Positions 12,201 through 26,880 are shown, numbered from the whole stretch's first letter. The stretch: 63,951 nucleotides of DNA, filler included, from Octopus bimaculoides (GCF_001194135.2; 7 parts of 6 records of this genome joined end to end with filler, not necessarily neighbours in it); one strand, 5' to 3'. Notes: generated by a model not told the origin, from the letters alone. Program-made: numbers and translations.

Positions 12201-13942
12201 CGTCAACATTTTTTCATTTTGTTTTAGTCAACCATTTAAGCGTCAACAAATACATCTCAATGACTGCAACAACAAAACAACTACCACCTCTACTACATAA
12301 TTAGCAAAAAAAAAAATTACAAAAGGAAAATTGATTAAAAAAACTGCAGCAATAGTAACAATAACAAAAAAAAACAATAGTAACAATTACTACAACAACA
12401 ATCGCATTAACAATAGTCCTGACAACGTGGATATTCACAACGACAACAATCATAGCAACACTAACACTCCCTGCAAAGAACAATAGAAGCATAAAACCAG
12501 CGAGTAAGTCTTTGTGGGGTCACTCACCCGCCTAGAAATAGCAGCTGAATTTCCCTAAAATCATTTTACCGTTTTAAATCTCGACTCATTAGAACCCAAC
12601 GAAGTGAGATTTACGCATCTTTGATGACATTTGGTAAGAAGGATTATAAAAGAAAAGAAAGACAAATTCTGCTGGTCATTAGATGGAGGAATCTACTCAA
12701 AATAATACTGTTGTGATTTTCTCCGTCACAATACATGAATGAGAAAAGAAGGGGTGATAGTTGTAGAAGGAAGGAAGGAAGGAAGGAAGGAAGGAAGGTA
12801 GGAAGGAAAGGAAGGAGTGATGGCAAACTGGTAGTGGGAGCGTTTCAACTCAGTGAGTATATGTGTATGCATGTAAAAAGGCAGGTATGTGAATGCGCCC
12901 GCGCGCGTGTGTGTATGTGTGTGTGTGTGTGTGTTTGTGTGTGTGGTGTGCAATGGAAGTGGGATGGTGAACATTCGACGCCGAAAAAAAAAAACAAACA
13001 GCGTTTCAGCTCTAAAATACTACAATTCGCTGTCGTTTTTGACGGTACAGGGTCAGCTATTTACAATTATACCTTACTCATAACGGTTTCAAATTTTTGC
13101 GCAAGTGTAGCAATTGTCGGGGAGGGTGCAAGCCTATTAAATCGATCATGAATGGACGAATAGCAAAATCGGCCCCGACAGTATTTGAGCTTAGAATGCA
13201 ATGTGCAAATGAATGACGTTAAACAGTTTTTTTCTGCCGCCCTCACCTTTTTAATTATATTGATTAATAATTTGTGCTATTTATAGTTATTCCTTTTTAT
13301 TCATATAATGTATCTTTCGAAGAAGAAAAATAAAATTGTTCAGGTTCTTTTTAAATTCGATTACCACCTACCTCAGTGTTTGACTGGTTCCTTAAGTTTT
13401 CGACCCCGAAAGAATGAAAGGCGAAGTTAACCTCGGCAGGACTTGAACCTACATTATCTAAAAGTACAGTATGGTACTGAAAAAACAAAGATGGCTAGAA
13501 AAAAAACAATATTTGGGAAACATTGCATTGGATAATGTAATCGGAAGTACATTATTCCGGACAAAAAAGCGAGACACTCGTAGGTGATGTCGAGCAAGGA
13601 AGCGAACTTAAGGCAGCGAACTGGCTGAGCCGTTTGCGCGTCTGTAAAATCGTTTAGATGCATTTCTTCCGGAATCTTTACGTGCTCAATAGAGACCCTG
13701 CCCAGGTTAGCTTCGCCTTTCAGCCTTTCGTGATTGATAAAATAAGTGTCAGTAGTAGGTCATTCGGCAAGACCTTTCCCTAAAAGAATTGGTGGCTTTT
13801 TGAAACCCAAAATTTGAAACCTTTATCTTTATTAACTCTCTCTTATGAGCATCAGCGCCTTAAATCAACCCCCTACTATTATTTANNNNNNNNNNNNNNN
13901 NNNNNNNNNNNNNNNNNNNNNNNNNNNNNNNNNNNNNNNNNN

Positions 13943-13975
<33 letters not shown>

Positions 13976-14186
13976 GGACATCTTGGATCAGATAGTTTAT
14001 TTTTTCGTAGAGGGTTGACTTGTTAGAACTCCCGTCCATATCTCCGTCAATTTTCATGCAACTGGCTTAAAAACAAAACAGTCACAATGGATAGCGCTGT
14101 TCTAAATGTCTAAAATAATATTCCCCACTCTCCTACTCTCTCTCTTTCTCTCTCTCTTATATTCCTCCTCTCCATCTCTCTCTCTG

Positions 14187-14255
<69 letters not shown>

Positions 14256-14375
14256 CTGTAGGCATGGCTGGTCGTTAAGAAGCTGGCTTTGCAAGATTGA
14301 AAATGCGTCAGAGCTCGTCTCGCCTACATATTTTTACATCTTACATAAATACATGTCCATAAATACATACATACA

Positions 14376-14410
<35 letters not shown>

Positions 14411-14454
14411 GTTGTTTCAGCCCAATCACTTGGCAAAAATGAATGGTACTTCTC

Positions 14455-14612
14455 TTTCAAAGGGCCAGCGAATCACTCTGAATCACCTTAAGAACTACGT
14501 TACGTGTACACGTGACTATGGAGTGCTCAGCCACATGTACGTTAATTTCACGAGCAGGCTGTTCCGTTAATCGGAACAACTGGAACCCTTGTCGTCATGA
14601 CAAACTGAGTGC
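14455..14612 (+). mobile_element. SINE family C, 3' body only
   Basis: gagtgctcagccac...ttaatttcacgagcaggctgttccg...caactggaaccc. Confidence 0.8.
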
Positions 14613-15162
14613 TCCCGACATTTTTTCTCTTCTACTATTTTCTTCTATTCTATTTATTCTACATCCTTTCAAAATTTCCCCCAGGTGTTACCCATTACAA
14701 TGCGTCATGGCCTGACGGCCCTTAATGTTTCTCTTCGTCGATTGTTTACACCGTACATACACTCTGTTGCTATTTGTTTCGTTCGAAGTCCTAACTCTCC
14801 ACAAAATTTATATTTTTCAAATTTCTGGATGCTGCGGTCTTATGAAGTTTTCCTATCTTGTGGTTGAAAGCAAAATATAGAGAGTAATAAGCAGTCGATA
14901 ACTGAAGAGGAGTTAGACTTCTTTTGTTATTATCTCCCGTACTAGTCTCTCGTTATGTGTTTTTTTTTTCACTCGTTCTTGATCTGCTCTTGTGTATCTT
15001 TTTGGTATTTTGTCCTGTACTTACCTCGCGTGTGTTTGCGTGTTTTTCGCCCATTGGTGACGTCTTAATGTGTACTTTTTATTTATTTATAATCGAACGC
15101 CACGCAATCTTGACCACAATAAGTTCCTACATTCATATATATATATATATATATGTACTTAC

Positions 15163-15500
15163 AGGCGCAGGCGTGGCTGTGTAGTAGGAAGCGTCCTTCC
15201 CAACTACATGGTTCCAGGTTCAGTTCCACTGCGTGGCACCTTGGGCAAGTGTCTTCTACTATAGCCTCCGGCCGACCAAGTCCTTGTCGGTGGGTTTAGC
15301 AGACGGAAACTGAAAGAAGCCCATCGTGTGTGTCTGTGTTTGTCCCCACCACCATCGCTTGATAACCGATATCGGTGTCTTTATATCCCCGTAACTTAGC
15401 GGTTCGACAAAACAGACCGATATAATAAGTACTAGGCTTACAAAGAGTAAGCCCTGGGGTCGATTTGTTCGATATTTCCAATGATGCACTACAGCCGTGT
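15163..15500 (+). mobile_element. SINE family B (CORE-like) plus 3' extension module
   Basis: tRNA-like head, GGCACCTTGGGCAAGTGTCTT resembling the CORE domain, then the module also seen at 51745, 54745, 63495. Confidence 0.85.
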
Positions 15501-16535
15501 ACTAGGCTTTGAACCATGTCGGATTCCAGACTCATAACAAAATTCTTCCGACGTAGAAATTCCCAGTTTCACAAGAGTAAAACCGTTGTGTAGATGTAAC
15601 GAAGAGTAAAATATAATCCGAATAATAACACAAATTCTTTAACAGAGCTTTAATGATCAATTACAGTTGTTTCTGAGCTGTAAATATTACGCAGATTTCC
15701 ACTTGATTTTTTGCATAAACTGGGTTATCAAGCAAAGTTGGTACAGAAACAATTGTAACTTACCGTTGAAGATGTGTCAAAGTATTTCTTTGTCTTATTA
15801 TTTGAATTTTTTTTTTGCATTTTTGCTGTGATTGTTTTTGAGAATGTGTATGTTGTGTATCTATATGTATTTGTGTGTGTGTGTGTGTGTGTGTACGCGC
15901 ATCCGTGTCTGTGTGTCTGCGTCTCTGTCTACCTGTCTGTCTCTCTCTGTGCATTTCCAATTTATTTGTTTCTCGAAAACTGCACTGATGTGTAAATATG
16001 GTTAGTCAATATATATANNNNNNNNNNNNNNNNNNNNNNNNNNNNNNNNNNNNNNNNNNNNNNNNNNNNNNNNNNNNNNNNNNNNNNNNNNNNNNNNNNN
16101 NNNNNNNNNNNNNNNNNNNNNNNNNNNNNNNNNNNNNNNNNNNNNNNNNNNNNNNNNNNNNNNNNNNNNNNNNNNNNNNNNNNNNNNNNNNNNNNNNNNN
16201 NNNNNNNNNNNNNNNNNNNNNNNNNNNNNNNNNNNNNNNNNNNNNNNNNNNNNNNNNNNNNNNNNNNNNNNNNNNNNNNNNNNNNNNNNNNNNNNNNNNN
16301 NNNNNNNNNNNNNNNNNNNNNNNNNNNNNNNNNNNNNNNNNNNNNNNNNNNNNNNNNNNNNNNNNNNNNNNNNNNNNNNNNNNNNNNNNNNNNNNNNNNN
16401 NNNNNNNNNNNNNNNNNNNNNNNNNNNNNNNNNNNNNNNNNNNNNNNNNNNNNNNNNNNNNNNNNNNNNNNNNNNNNNNNNNNNNNNNNNNNNNNNNNNN
16501 NNNNNNNNNNNNNNNNNNNNNNNNNNNNNNNNNNN

Positions 16536-16577
<42 letters not shown>

Positions 16578-16588
16578 TACTGCTTCAA

Positions 16589-16822
16589 GGCGGCGGGCTG
16601 GCAGAAACGTTAGCAAGCCGGGCAGAATACTGAGTGGTAGTTCGTCAGCCGTTACATTTTGAGTTCAAATTCCACCGAAGTCTACTTCACCTTTCATCCC
16701 TTCGGAGTCGATTAAATAAGTACCAATTACGTACTAGGGTCGATGTAATCGACTTAATCCCTTCGTCTGCCCTTGTTTGTCCTCTCTTTGTTTAGCCCCC
16801 TGTGGGCAATAAAGAAATAAAT
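16589..16822 (+). mobile_element. SINE family A, full length
   Basis: GGCGGCGGGCTGGCAGAA head, GAGTTCAAATTCC, AATAAAGAAATAAAT tail. Confidence 0.9.
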
Positions 16823-17807
16823 ATATATGTTGTTGCTTTTACCCATGTATTCTCTGGCTGAGCAAACTATGGTTAAAGACAACATAACCGCGACTAACTG
16901 GTAACCGTTTCAAGCATAGAGTTTCCACATAACCTATGAAGGAGGAGTGAATTTCAAGAGATTTGAAAACTACTTCTTCCCGCTTCAACGACTCCATAAA
17001 TTCTCTACATCAAATCAGAGTAGAATGAAGTATAATTTCTGCTTCCTTCGCAAGCATTCGGTTAGTTGCGCTTTGAGAGAAAGACGTCACTTGCGGACAA
17101 GCATGGCTTGCTAATATGTACCATCTTTACACCATATGTACCATATTTACTCTATTTAAGGTGCCTATGAAGCCACTCTCGACTGTGCCAAAGTTTGAGA
17201 CAGTGGCACATCTAGAGTTTGGTGGTCGGAGGGAGAGACGGCTTTACAAACAATCTGCGAGTAGTCAACATCATCACCTTGATAATCGCAAATGTTACCA
17301 TCATTGTAATCTTCGGCCTCATCTATAGCATCGTCACCATCCTTTCCATTATCATAATTACTATCGTCGTTGTCGTTGTTATTGTCATCGTCGTCGTCGT
17401 CATCACAATCATCATCATCATCATCTGCACAAAATAACAGCAAATTCCGAGCCCAACCTTCTGGAGAAGAGAAAAATTAGACAAAGCAAGGTACGTTTGC
17501 TAACGTAATCCTAGATAAAGATAAATGATGTCTGAAAACTACGTGATAGTTACGGTTGGAACGCCAATGGAACAATGAAGACTTGACGCTGAAAACGGAT
17601 TTTTGGGTCATACCTGCGCTTTAGTAAGTCAGACCACGTGACTTAGGTATTTACATATTACATTCAGATATGAGCGCGCACAGCCTGTCATGAATGCACA
17701 CGGATGTTTGCATTCAGGAACACGTATAGAGATATATACAAACATACAGATTTGTAAATACATACATACATACATATAACATCTCTCTCTCTCTTTCTCT
17801 CTCTATC

Positions 17808-17842
<35 letters not shown>

Positions 17843-17853
17843 TTCTCTCTCTA

Positions 17854-17887
<34 letters not shown>

Positions 17888-18109
17888 CATATATATATTT
17901 ATATATATATATATAGATAGATAGATAGATACGTGTGTATGAGTATGTGAACGTGCGTGTGTGCGCCCGTGCGTGTGTGTGTGTGTGTGTGTGTGAGCGC
18001 GTATTTATGTATACTGAGCAAGATTAAATTGTTCTTTCCTGAAAATGCATATATATGTGTGTGCGTGTATGTGTGTGTATATACATACATACATATATGT
18101 ATGTATATG

Positions 18110-18142
<33 letters not shown>

Positions 18143-19283
18143 GTACTATATAGACCGTGCACGCGCGCGCACACACACATACACACACGTAGCAGTTAAA
18201 GCACAACATACAATAATACATTATACAAACATATACACACAACCATCTTCAACGCAGGCTAATTACCTAGACATATACACCCAGACACCCACGCACACAC
18301 ATATAAGAACATGCGTAGACACATACACATTGCATTCATAATATCTTCTATAGCAGACACTCCACCACAATTACACGTTCTGCTACAAAAGAAACAATTC
18401 TTTAACGAATAATGAACACATATATCATAGAAGAGTCCGCCTTATCTCTTGTGTCCATCCATCAGGTTTCGCGCCCGTCTCTCATCCCAACCAGACAATC
18501 TTTGTCACATGATCTCTCTGTTCTCTTTTTCACTTTTCTACTATTGTCTATCTTTAAATCTCCATCATTGCTTTTTCCCCCTGCACCCCCTCCTCTCTCA
18601 ATATTTCTCACTTTCTTCTTTGTATTTCTTTCGCTTTTTCTTCTATCAATCTTTCCATGCTTCCTTCTCGGGTTCATTTCCACGTCAATGTTACGAACCT
18701 AAACGGAATAGGGAAGTGGGTTTTGAGGTAAGATGAATGACAGTGGTTAATCAACCACTTTCTTCCCTAAATCATCTCTCTGAATTTCTCTCACACTTTC
18801 TCTTCCCTCACTTATTTCCCTAACTCAAGTCTCACTCACTTATTTTACCTCTCCCATTCTCAGCTCTACGACACACTTTAAACCACTCACATATTTTCTT
18901 ATTACTCTTTCTCTCCTTCATCTACTTTACACTTTCATCGCTTCTCTCGTACATTTCTTCGATAAACATCATCACTCCCTATCACTCACAATCTCTTAAC
19001 TCATATCCCATTCACCAACACTCATTACTCACAATCTGCTTGCACTCCCTCAACTGTTACACATCTTACACACGTACACACAAACACATATACAACTTTC
19101 TCAATACATTATATTTTGTTTTATATTCGACGTGCCTTCATGACAACCCTTTGATCGTAGTTTCAGCTGAATCTGAGTTGAACCCAGATTAAAGATTAAC
19201 AACAATAACTAATTCAAAAGATAACTCACACATTTTCTCAATCACTCATTTATTCAATCCATCATACATTTATTTAATCCCTA

Positions 19284-19356
<73 letters not shown>

Positions 19357-20212
19357 ACTTCTTTCCGAACCTATTATAACTTCTCATAACCCTCTCTGTC
19401 TTACTCTGTTTCGATATCGTATTGTAGCACCATTCATCCATTACACCAGGCATACGATGGACAGAAACATTCCAGTGCAAAATTAAAAGACTCTTGCCTT
19501 CTCTCTCTCTCTCTCTCTCCCCCTCTCTCTCTCTAGTCGTCCTTCTCTCACTCACTCTCTCTCATTTTATAGATGTTTATGTTTATGAGCGTGTGCGCGT
19601 ATGTGTGTGCGTGTGTGTGTATAAAGCTCACCTCCAGAAGTTTTTTTTCTTTTTCTTTTAAGAATATATCCTTCCTGGTATGATAGAATAAATACCAAAC
19701 ATGCATCAAAGTTCGATAGCATCTACTGATTTTGTGCTAGCTTTAGATATCGATAAAATTCCATACTCAACTAATACTAAATTATTACTTACTCCTTAAG
19801 CCAATCACGCAGATACAGACGAATAAAATACTTTCATTATACTCCCTACCAAATGTTTCCTCTTCTCATACTATCTTCTACGTTCATCTCTGCCTTTACT
19901 CAGCGATAACTTCACTCGTAACTAAATTAAATTTAACATCCACGCAATTATTGATAGTATAACCAACAGTAATCATAGTAATGTTAGTACAAACACTACC
20001 AGTACAACCAACAAACTAAACATCACTATCACCACAACAATCATCACCAACCGTAAATACTCGAGCATAGGTCGCACCACCAGTGGATAGGTCTCGCTCT
20101 TAGTTTGGGGTTGTCAAAGTAGGTATTTGCGGCTGACTTGCAGATAGACCGCACTGTAATCTGGAGAGTTATATGGCTCTTTTTAACGTAAATATAACTA
20201 ATATTTGTTAAA

Positions 20213-20428
20213 TATTCTTTTCTACTCTAGGCACAAGGCCCGAAATTTTGGGCGAGCGGCCAGTTGATTAGATCGACTCCAGTACGCAACGGGTACTTAA
20301 TTTATGGACCCCGAAAGGATGGAAGGGAAAGACGACCTCGACGGAATTTGAACTCAGAACGTAAAGACAGACGAAATACTGCTAAGCATTTCGCTCGGCG
20401 TGCTAACAATTCTGCCAGTTCGCTGCCT
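20213..20428 (-). mobile_element. SINE family A, full length (GCCTAGAGTAGAAAAG-tail subfamily)
   Basis: Family A on - strand. Confidence 0.9.
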
Positions 20429-20665
20429 TAATAACATGTATTAGCAAATATTCACCTTTATTTGAAAACTTTGCAAACAAATATTAAGCTATTTTTGCGG
20501 AAGTGACTTTATGAAATTAGTCTAATCGATAAAGCAATTCGGCAGAAAATAAAATCGATAAGTATTCAGTGGCACTCAGTCGGTTACGACGACGAGGGTT
20601 CCAGTTGATCGGATGTATATATATATATANNNNNNNNNNCCGGTATATATATATATATATATATA

Positions 20666-20832
20666 TACGACGGGATTTTTTCAGTTTCCGTCTACCAAAT
20701 CCACCCACAAGGCTTTGGTCGGCCCGAGAATATAGTAGAAGACACTTACCCAAGGCGCCACACAGTGGGACTGAACCCGGGACCATGTGGTTGGGAAGCA
20801 AGATTCTTACCACGCAGCCACGCCTGCGCCTA
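20666..20832 (-). mobile_element. SINE family B
   Basis: Reverse complement of the 15163 head and CORE-like region. Confidence 0.9.
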
Positions 20833-20858
20833 TAGAGAAAAAAATTATATTAGGTTAT

Positions 20859-20925
20859 ACTGCAGCACAACTAGGATCGTCTCGTGGCACACCAGTGTGC
20901 CCCGGCATACCGATTGCGGAGCACT
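20859..20925 (-). mobile_element. hAT-type MITE terminal fragment
   Basis: CAGTGCTCCGCAATCGGTATGCCGGGGCACACTGGTGTGCC resembles hAT/Charlie ends. Confidence 0.45.
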
Positions 20926-21735
20926 GGCTTAGAATTACAAATAGAACAGAAAGAAATGTTACATAAGGAAAGCGTTTAAATTTTAAGATATAGTTATTAA
21001 ACTTCATCAGGATTGAAATCCAAAAATTCTTATTCGTCATCTTCATTGTCAAACATCCTTCTCATTTGTTCATCAGCCGTCTACTTCAGATCCCAGTGAT
21101 GTCCAGTGGAGAGGTCGTAGCCCTGGTTTTTATCGAAATTTTTATTTTAAAAAATTGCAACCTATCCGCGAGTATATACGATATGTCACAACTTCGACTA
21201 CCACTAAGCTAATCACTGTCACTAACGATACTACCGATCATAACAGCAAAAACCACTACGACAAANNNNNNNNNNCACTGTCACTAACGATACTACCGAT
21301 CATAACAGCAAAAACCACTACGACAAAAGCCACTACGACAAAAGCCACTACGACAAACACTAACAAAACATCACAAATAGTAACATGACCAACACCACCT
21401 CAACCACTGTGCCGCTACTACCATGACCACCACTAGCAAAAGCAATGGCTATACGACTTTCACTAATACCGCTCCAAACATCACCAACGTCACAATGCCA
21501 CGATCATCGTTACTTTCATCATCACCAGCACAAGCCTCACTATTACCAACAACAACAATAGCATCACCTCTACGACCACCGTAGCCACCACCGCCACCAC
21601 TACCACCATAACTGCTAACACCACCACTACTAATATACGTCTTCACTTCTTTGTTTTGACAGTCGTTTCCATCTTGTGTTTTTGACATTTCCGATCCTAT
21701 CATTTAATGGATACCATACCACCCCCGCCTCTCAA

Positions 21736-21772
<37 letters not shown>

Positions 21773-22714
21773 CACACATACACACACATACACACACATA
21801 CACACACACATGCATGCACACACACATGCATGCACACATCAACAATAAACAACTGCAAAAACCGTCATTTTTCATCGTCATCATCATCAGTTCCAGTGCT
21901 GCTGTCCTCCAAATCATCATCATTATCGGTCATCATCTTCGTCACGAACATTATCCACCTTCACTCTTCATCGTCAGAAGCATCACCACAGCATCACCAC
22001 CATTACAAACACCGATACCATCACCGCCACCAACGCCACCATCGTCATTCCCATCATCTTCACAATCATCATCAAAGCAATAACTGTCTTCATATTCTAC
22101 AAGGAATAAGTCAGTTTCCCTCGAATCACACCATAGAAATAAAACAAAAACAAAAAGATGTCACGTTTGTAAATGTAATCCTAGGTAGACAATAGAACAA
22201 AATAGTAAGAGTTGGGATGACTGATCATTGGTCCACTTAAATAGAATGAATCAAAGTCTTAGGAACATCGTCATCATGATCCCCTTCTTCGTTGTTGTCA
22301 TCGTTGTCACTATTTAGCCTCTTTAGCATTTTTATTAGCTGTCTGTTTTGCCATACTTATCCACATCCTCATCTTCATTAGCTTATCATCATCATCATCA
22401 TCATCATCATCATAAACGACATGAAAGCAGCAAATATATCATTATTATCATCTTCATGGGGGAAGAAATGGAAAACTAGTTCAAAGCATTAATTTGCTGT
22501 GTATCAGGATCCGCAAGTACCCGAAAGGGAATACATTTCAGTGGCCCCTATTGTACGGGTGTGATAACTAAGCTTGGAGCTTCTCACTGGTCACTTGACC
22601 TCTTAAAAACGATAGTCAGCTATCTCTCATACAAAACACCACCGTCTAAATTAGAAAGGCCATGTTGGATAATTTAGTCCTTGCTACTACTAAAAAGATG
22701 TGATATTGGATGTT

Positions 22715-22925
22715 AAAGTAGCTTTAATTTTAGAGTTGCCATGCCGGACAAAATGCTTATCGGCATTTCGTTCACCTTTACGATACGAGTTCAAATTCCG
22801 CCGAGGTCGACTTTGTCATTCATCTTTTCGGGGTCGAAAAAATAATTACCAATTGTGCACGAAGGTCAATGTAACTGACTTGCTCTTCCCTCAAACTTGC
22901 TGGCCTTGTGCCAAAATTTGAAGCC
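22715..22925 (+). mobile_element. SINE family A, diverged
   Basis: gagttcaaattccgccgaggtcgactttg...cggggtcgaaaaa...ggccttgtgcc. Confidence 0.8.
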
Positions 22926-23357
22926 AGTATAAAGTTTGCTCAACCGGGTTTGACTTACGGCTAAGTAGCAACAACATCTAGATTTGTAAACTTTATGTAG
23001 AAACTAAGTATTTGTACCAACGAGGGATACTTTGCGATTGCTCCAGCTGCAAGAATTAGTAACCAGATATTTTCTTTCATTTGCACAAATCATCATCTTC
23101 AGAACATTGAGGAGAATGTAATAGTTTTAAGGGGTTTTATTACTCAGTCAAGAGGAATGTCAATGCCTCTGAGACTTGGGGAATGGATGGAGGAAGAGAT
23201 TCTAGAAACGGAAAACTGGCCTGAATGCATAAAACAGAGTAAACTCTGCAAAGGACGAGGTGTTGGAGTAAATATATAAATGGAAATACTAGCAGGCTGA
23301 TGAAAATTCAACGTGTGCTTAATGGCTAATTACATTAATTCATCATATCGCTAAATT

Positions 23358-23390
23358 GACACATGTTTCGGTCTTTTTCTACCTCTTCAA
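23358..23390 (-). ncRNA. Minimal hammerhead-ribozyme-like motif (C3U variant)
   Basis: UUGAAGA G-GU[AGAAAAAG]AC-C GAAAC[AUGU]GUC: core, 3-bp stem II, palindromic stem III loop; stem I not evident. Confidence 0.3.
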
Positions 23391-23993
23391 GGAAGCTTAA
23401 TTGAGAGTGCTTTCGTGGAAGTCGTTTTGCTCTGCTATATATAACAAAATATTAAACGAACCAGCGAAGGAACTTTTATTCCATTGCCCAACCTGTTAGA
23501 TATAGAAACAAATTCTCTCTCAAAACATAGCCTACAATATGAAGCTCACTCTGAATAATATAATCATATATCAAGTACCACTATAAGTAATAGGTCAGAG
23601 CTAACATAGTAAAAGCTGAAGTGAATTAATGACAAGAACGAAGGAAGGACACATAAGGATAAAGTAGTCCTAGACATGTAAAGTCATATGAAAATACTGG
23701 ATGGTCACGTTTGGAACATCTTTAATGATAGACATCACGAATCAGGGTTGATCTAGCGTTTAACATCGACCTCAAACGTATAATGCTTCCCAGTTAAATA
23801 AGGCCTGACAAAAAATATGATGGTCTCGACTTGAATATCTTTAATCTGAGGCCCAAAGAAATAATATACAAAATGAAGATTAGTATATATAAAATAAAAC
23901 TGAAGGTAATTTAAAACATTCATTTCTGTTTCTACATTCAACTTCATCGCCCCACACATATTTGTATCTTTTCTTTTCTTCTTTACTTTCTTC

Positions 23994-24062
<69 letters not shown>

Positions 24063-24547
24063 TCTCTCTTGTTTTTATTTGTTTATATTTATTTATTTAA
24101 TTTGATATTCCACGAGAAAGCGAAAATTAATATTTAGAAACAATAAAACAAATACGAAAATGCGACCAAGAATAGTAATCTTTGTTAATGTGAAATGGTT
24201 CTTAGCTATAATTTGTGATGGCAAAATGATTTTATACATTTTCTACATGTGTATATAACTTCATTTATATATATTTCTTGTTATTCATGATCTGACTGTT
24301 GTTCTTATTATTATTGCTGTTGCTTTTGTTGACTTTTAGGCTCTAACCCTTGTGAATTAATGTCCCCAATTTCTGTCAAATTGGGGCCGCCATTATTTTA
24401 TAATTTTAGCTTTTTATTCGCTCCATTTTTTTCACTCCAGTCTTTATTATTATATATTTCTTTTTCTTTAGCTTTCCTTATTATTGATTTTATGTTAGGC
24501 CTTTTAATGTGTGTACGCGAGTCTCTTTCTGTATGTGTGTATGTTTG

Positions 24548-24597
<50 letters not shown>

Positions 24598-25009
24598 GTA
24601 GTTTCTGTTACTGTGAATAGTGTTTTCTTTGATTTATTTATTTATTCTTTTTTGTCTAAAGCCTTTTAAAAATTATCTTCCTCTCCCATCTCACAGCTCT
24701 CGTCTGCCTGGTTCACGTCTCTAAGTCTCTCAACCTACATCTATCCACACCCGTTTATTTTCATTAACACCTTGGATTACTTGTTTATATTTTGACATGA
24801 ATTATACAAAAAAAAAAGAAAAAAAGAATCTAACAAAATTGAAGATAATGATAATTGTGATGCAGCTGCTGCTGATGATGATGATGGTGATGATGATGAT
24901 GATGATGATGATGATGACTGGGAGGCGGAGGAAGAGATGGTGGCGAAAGAAAAAGAGAGAAGTGTTGTCACAAAAGGGAAGAAAGCAGAAAATAAGGGCA
25001 GTAATAATG

Positions 25010-25200
25010 ATTCTTTCTGCAATTGGCACAAGGCCAAAGCTTTGTGGGTGAGGGGGTGACTAGGTGATATCATCGATCGCAGTACTTGACTGGTACTTTA
25101 TATTATCGACCCCGCGAAAGAATAACACTCACAGTAAGACCTCGGTGGAACTGAAACTCAGAGCATAAAACCTTATGAAACACCAGTGAGCAATAATGAT
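25010..25200 (-). mobile_element. SINE family A, degraded
   Basis: ggcacaaggcc...ctggtacttta...atcgacccc...gacctcggtggaactgaaactcag. Confidence 0.6.
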
Positions 25201-25649
25201 TCTTGTAGGTGTTCTGTCTTTATATTTTTACCAATCTTTTCGAGCCATGTTGGTAGTCGGGTGCTGACACCCTCCAAGTACACCAATCACTATTGTTATC
25301 ATGTCCACTCTCTTCATTGCTCACAACCTGCGTATTTCCCACGTCAGTTCATCACAGTTGTTTACTTTTGCTTATTCTTTTTATTCAATCCTATCGTCAC
25401 CGGGGTATGCTCTGTCAATTACCAGGCATGTCTTTTCTTTCTTTTCTGTTCACTTCAACAATGTCAGGTTTTTGATGTCTAATTTGATGGTCACTCTAAA
25501 ACACTGCATTCCACAGTAATTTGCAACACTCGTTTTTGAATAACTACTTCTGCGATTTGAGCATACCAGGTCTTTGAAATTTCTAGGCTATAATTTCCAC
25601 AAAGTTCTCAATGGATCCTTCTTCCGATATCATCATGTCACATTTGTTT

Positions 25650-25855
25650 CATATTGTGCCGTAGCACATTCGTTAGCATGCCGGAAATTTCGTCTCTATT
25701 TAATTCTGAGTTCAAATTGCGCTGTCGTCGACATTGCCTTTCAGTCTTTCGGATCGATAAAAAATAAAGAACATTTGAGCACTTCGGTAGAGGTTATCGA
25801 CTTAACCCCTGCCCCAAAATTGTTGGCTTTGTACCAAAATTTGAAGGCATTATTA
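25650..25855 (+). mobile_element. SINE family A, degraded
   Basis: tctgagttcaaatt...gcctttcagtctttcggatcgataaaaaataa. Confidence 0.65.
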
Positions 25856-25987
25856 TTACCACACAGCCACTCCTAATACATCCATTTGTTGTTTACACCA
25901 CCTGTCTTCGTCTGTTGTTTTTGCGTAAATTCTCCCATATATGTGTGTGTGTGTGTGTGTGTCTGTGTTTGTGTGTGTTTGTGTGTG

Positions 25988-26087
25988 NNNNNNNNNNNNN
26001 NNNNNNNNNNNNNNNNNNNNNNNNNNNNNNNTTAATTAATTAANNNNNNNNNNNNNNNNNNNNNNNNNNNNNNNNNNNNNNNNNNNN
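25988..26087. other. Artificial scaffold join (44 N + TTAATTAATTAA + 44 N)
   Basis: Identical 100-bp structure occurs six times. Confidence 0.95.
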
Positions 26088-26229
26088 CAATAAGTTCATG
26101 AACCTTGGTTCTTTTTCCTAAAACTATATATTTTATATATACTTTATCTATAAAGCTGAATTTAATTTTAATTTTTTATAAATTGATTTTAATTGAGTTT
26201 TTACCTGTAATTTTGGATTTTGTCCCTAA

Positions 26230-26263
<34 letters not shown>

Positions 26264-26708
26264 TAACGTGATTAAAACAAGTTTTACTTTTTAACATAAG
26301 TGACGAATAATTTTATTCTATATGCTTTTATGAATGAAAAACAAAAACGACTATATGTTTTCAAAGAATAGGTGCTTTTGGATCATAATTCAACTGTGAT
26401 TATATTGTTATACGTATTCTTAAGGTGGGTTTGGCATATATAATTCATATAAACTTATATATTAAAAGTGAGAATGATGGAAGGGAAGAAGGAAAAATAA
26501 AGAGTCACATATTGCTTGGAGTCTTTTGTATAGAAAATGGTGTTGGTATATACACTTTTGAGTATTGCAGCGAAAATTTCTTTGTTTTTCTTAGTATAGG
26601 AAAAAGTCATATTTATCAGACCTGGATCCAGTCTCGCTGATTTCAGCTTGCAAAGTTTTATGTAATTTTTCTATTCATTTTCTTTATTCAAGACCATGTG
26701 CAGTTTAA

Positions 26709-26747
<39 letters not shown>

Positions 26748-26819
26748 CCGTCTTGTGTATATANNNNNNNNNNNNNNNNNNNNNNNNNNNNNNNNNNNNN
26801 NNNNNNNNNNNNNNNNNNN

Positions 26820-26880
<61 letters not shown>

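Noticed and set aside
15962-16633. ORFs spanning N runs (also 29165, 30566, 38722, 39906, 50327, 58976, 61129)
   Set aside because: Open only because N codons are not stops
17162-17330. Possible exon VPMKPLSTVPKFETVAHLEF after TTTAAG, and an AAG/GTACGT donor at ~17490
   Set aside because: No consistent open exon between them; runs into trinucleotide repeats
21215-21320. ~52-bp direct repeat either side of a 10-N gap (also 27660-27850)
   Set aside because: Typical overlap of unmerged contig ends; likely assembly artefact
26032-26043. Recurrent TTAATTAATTAA as a biological motif
   Set aside because: Always centred in exactly 44+44 N; artificial spacer
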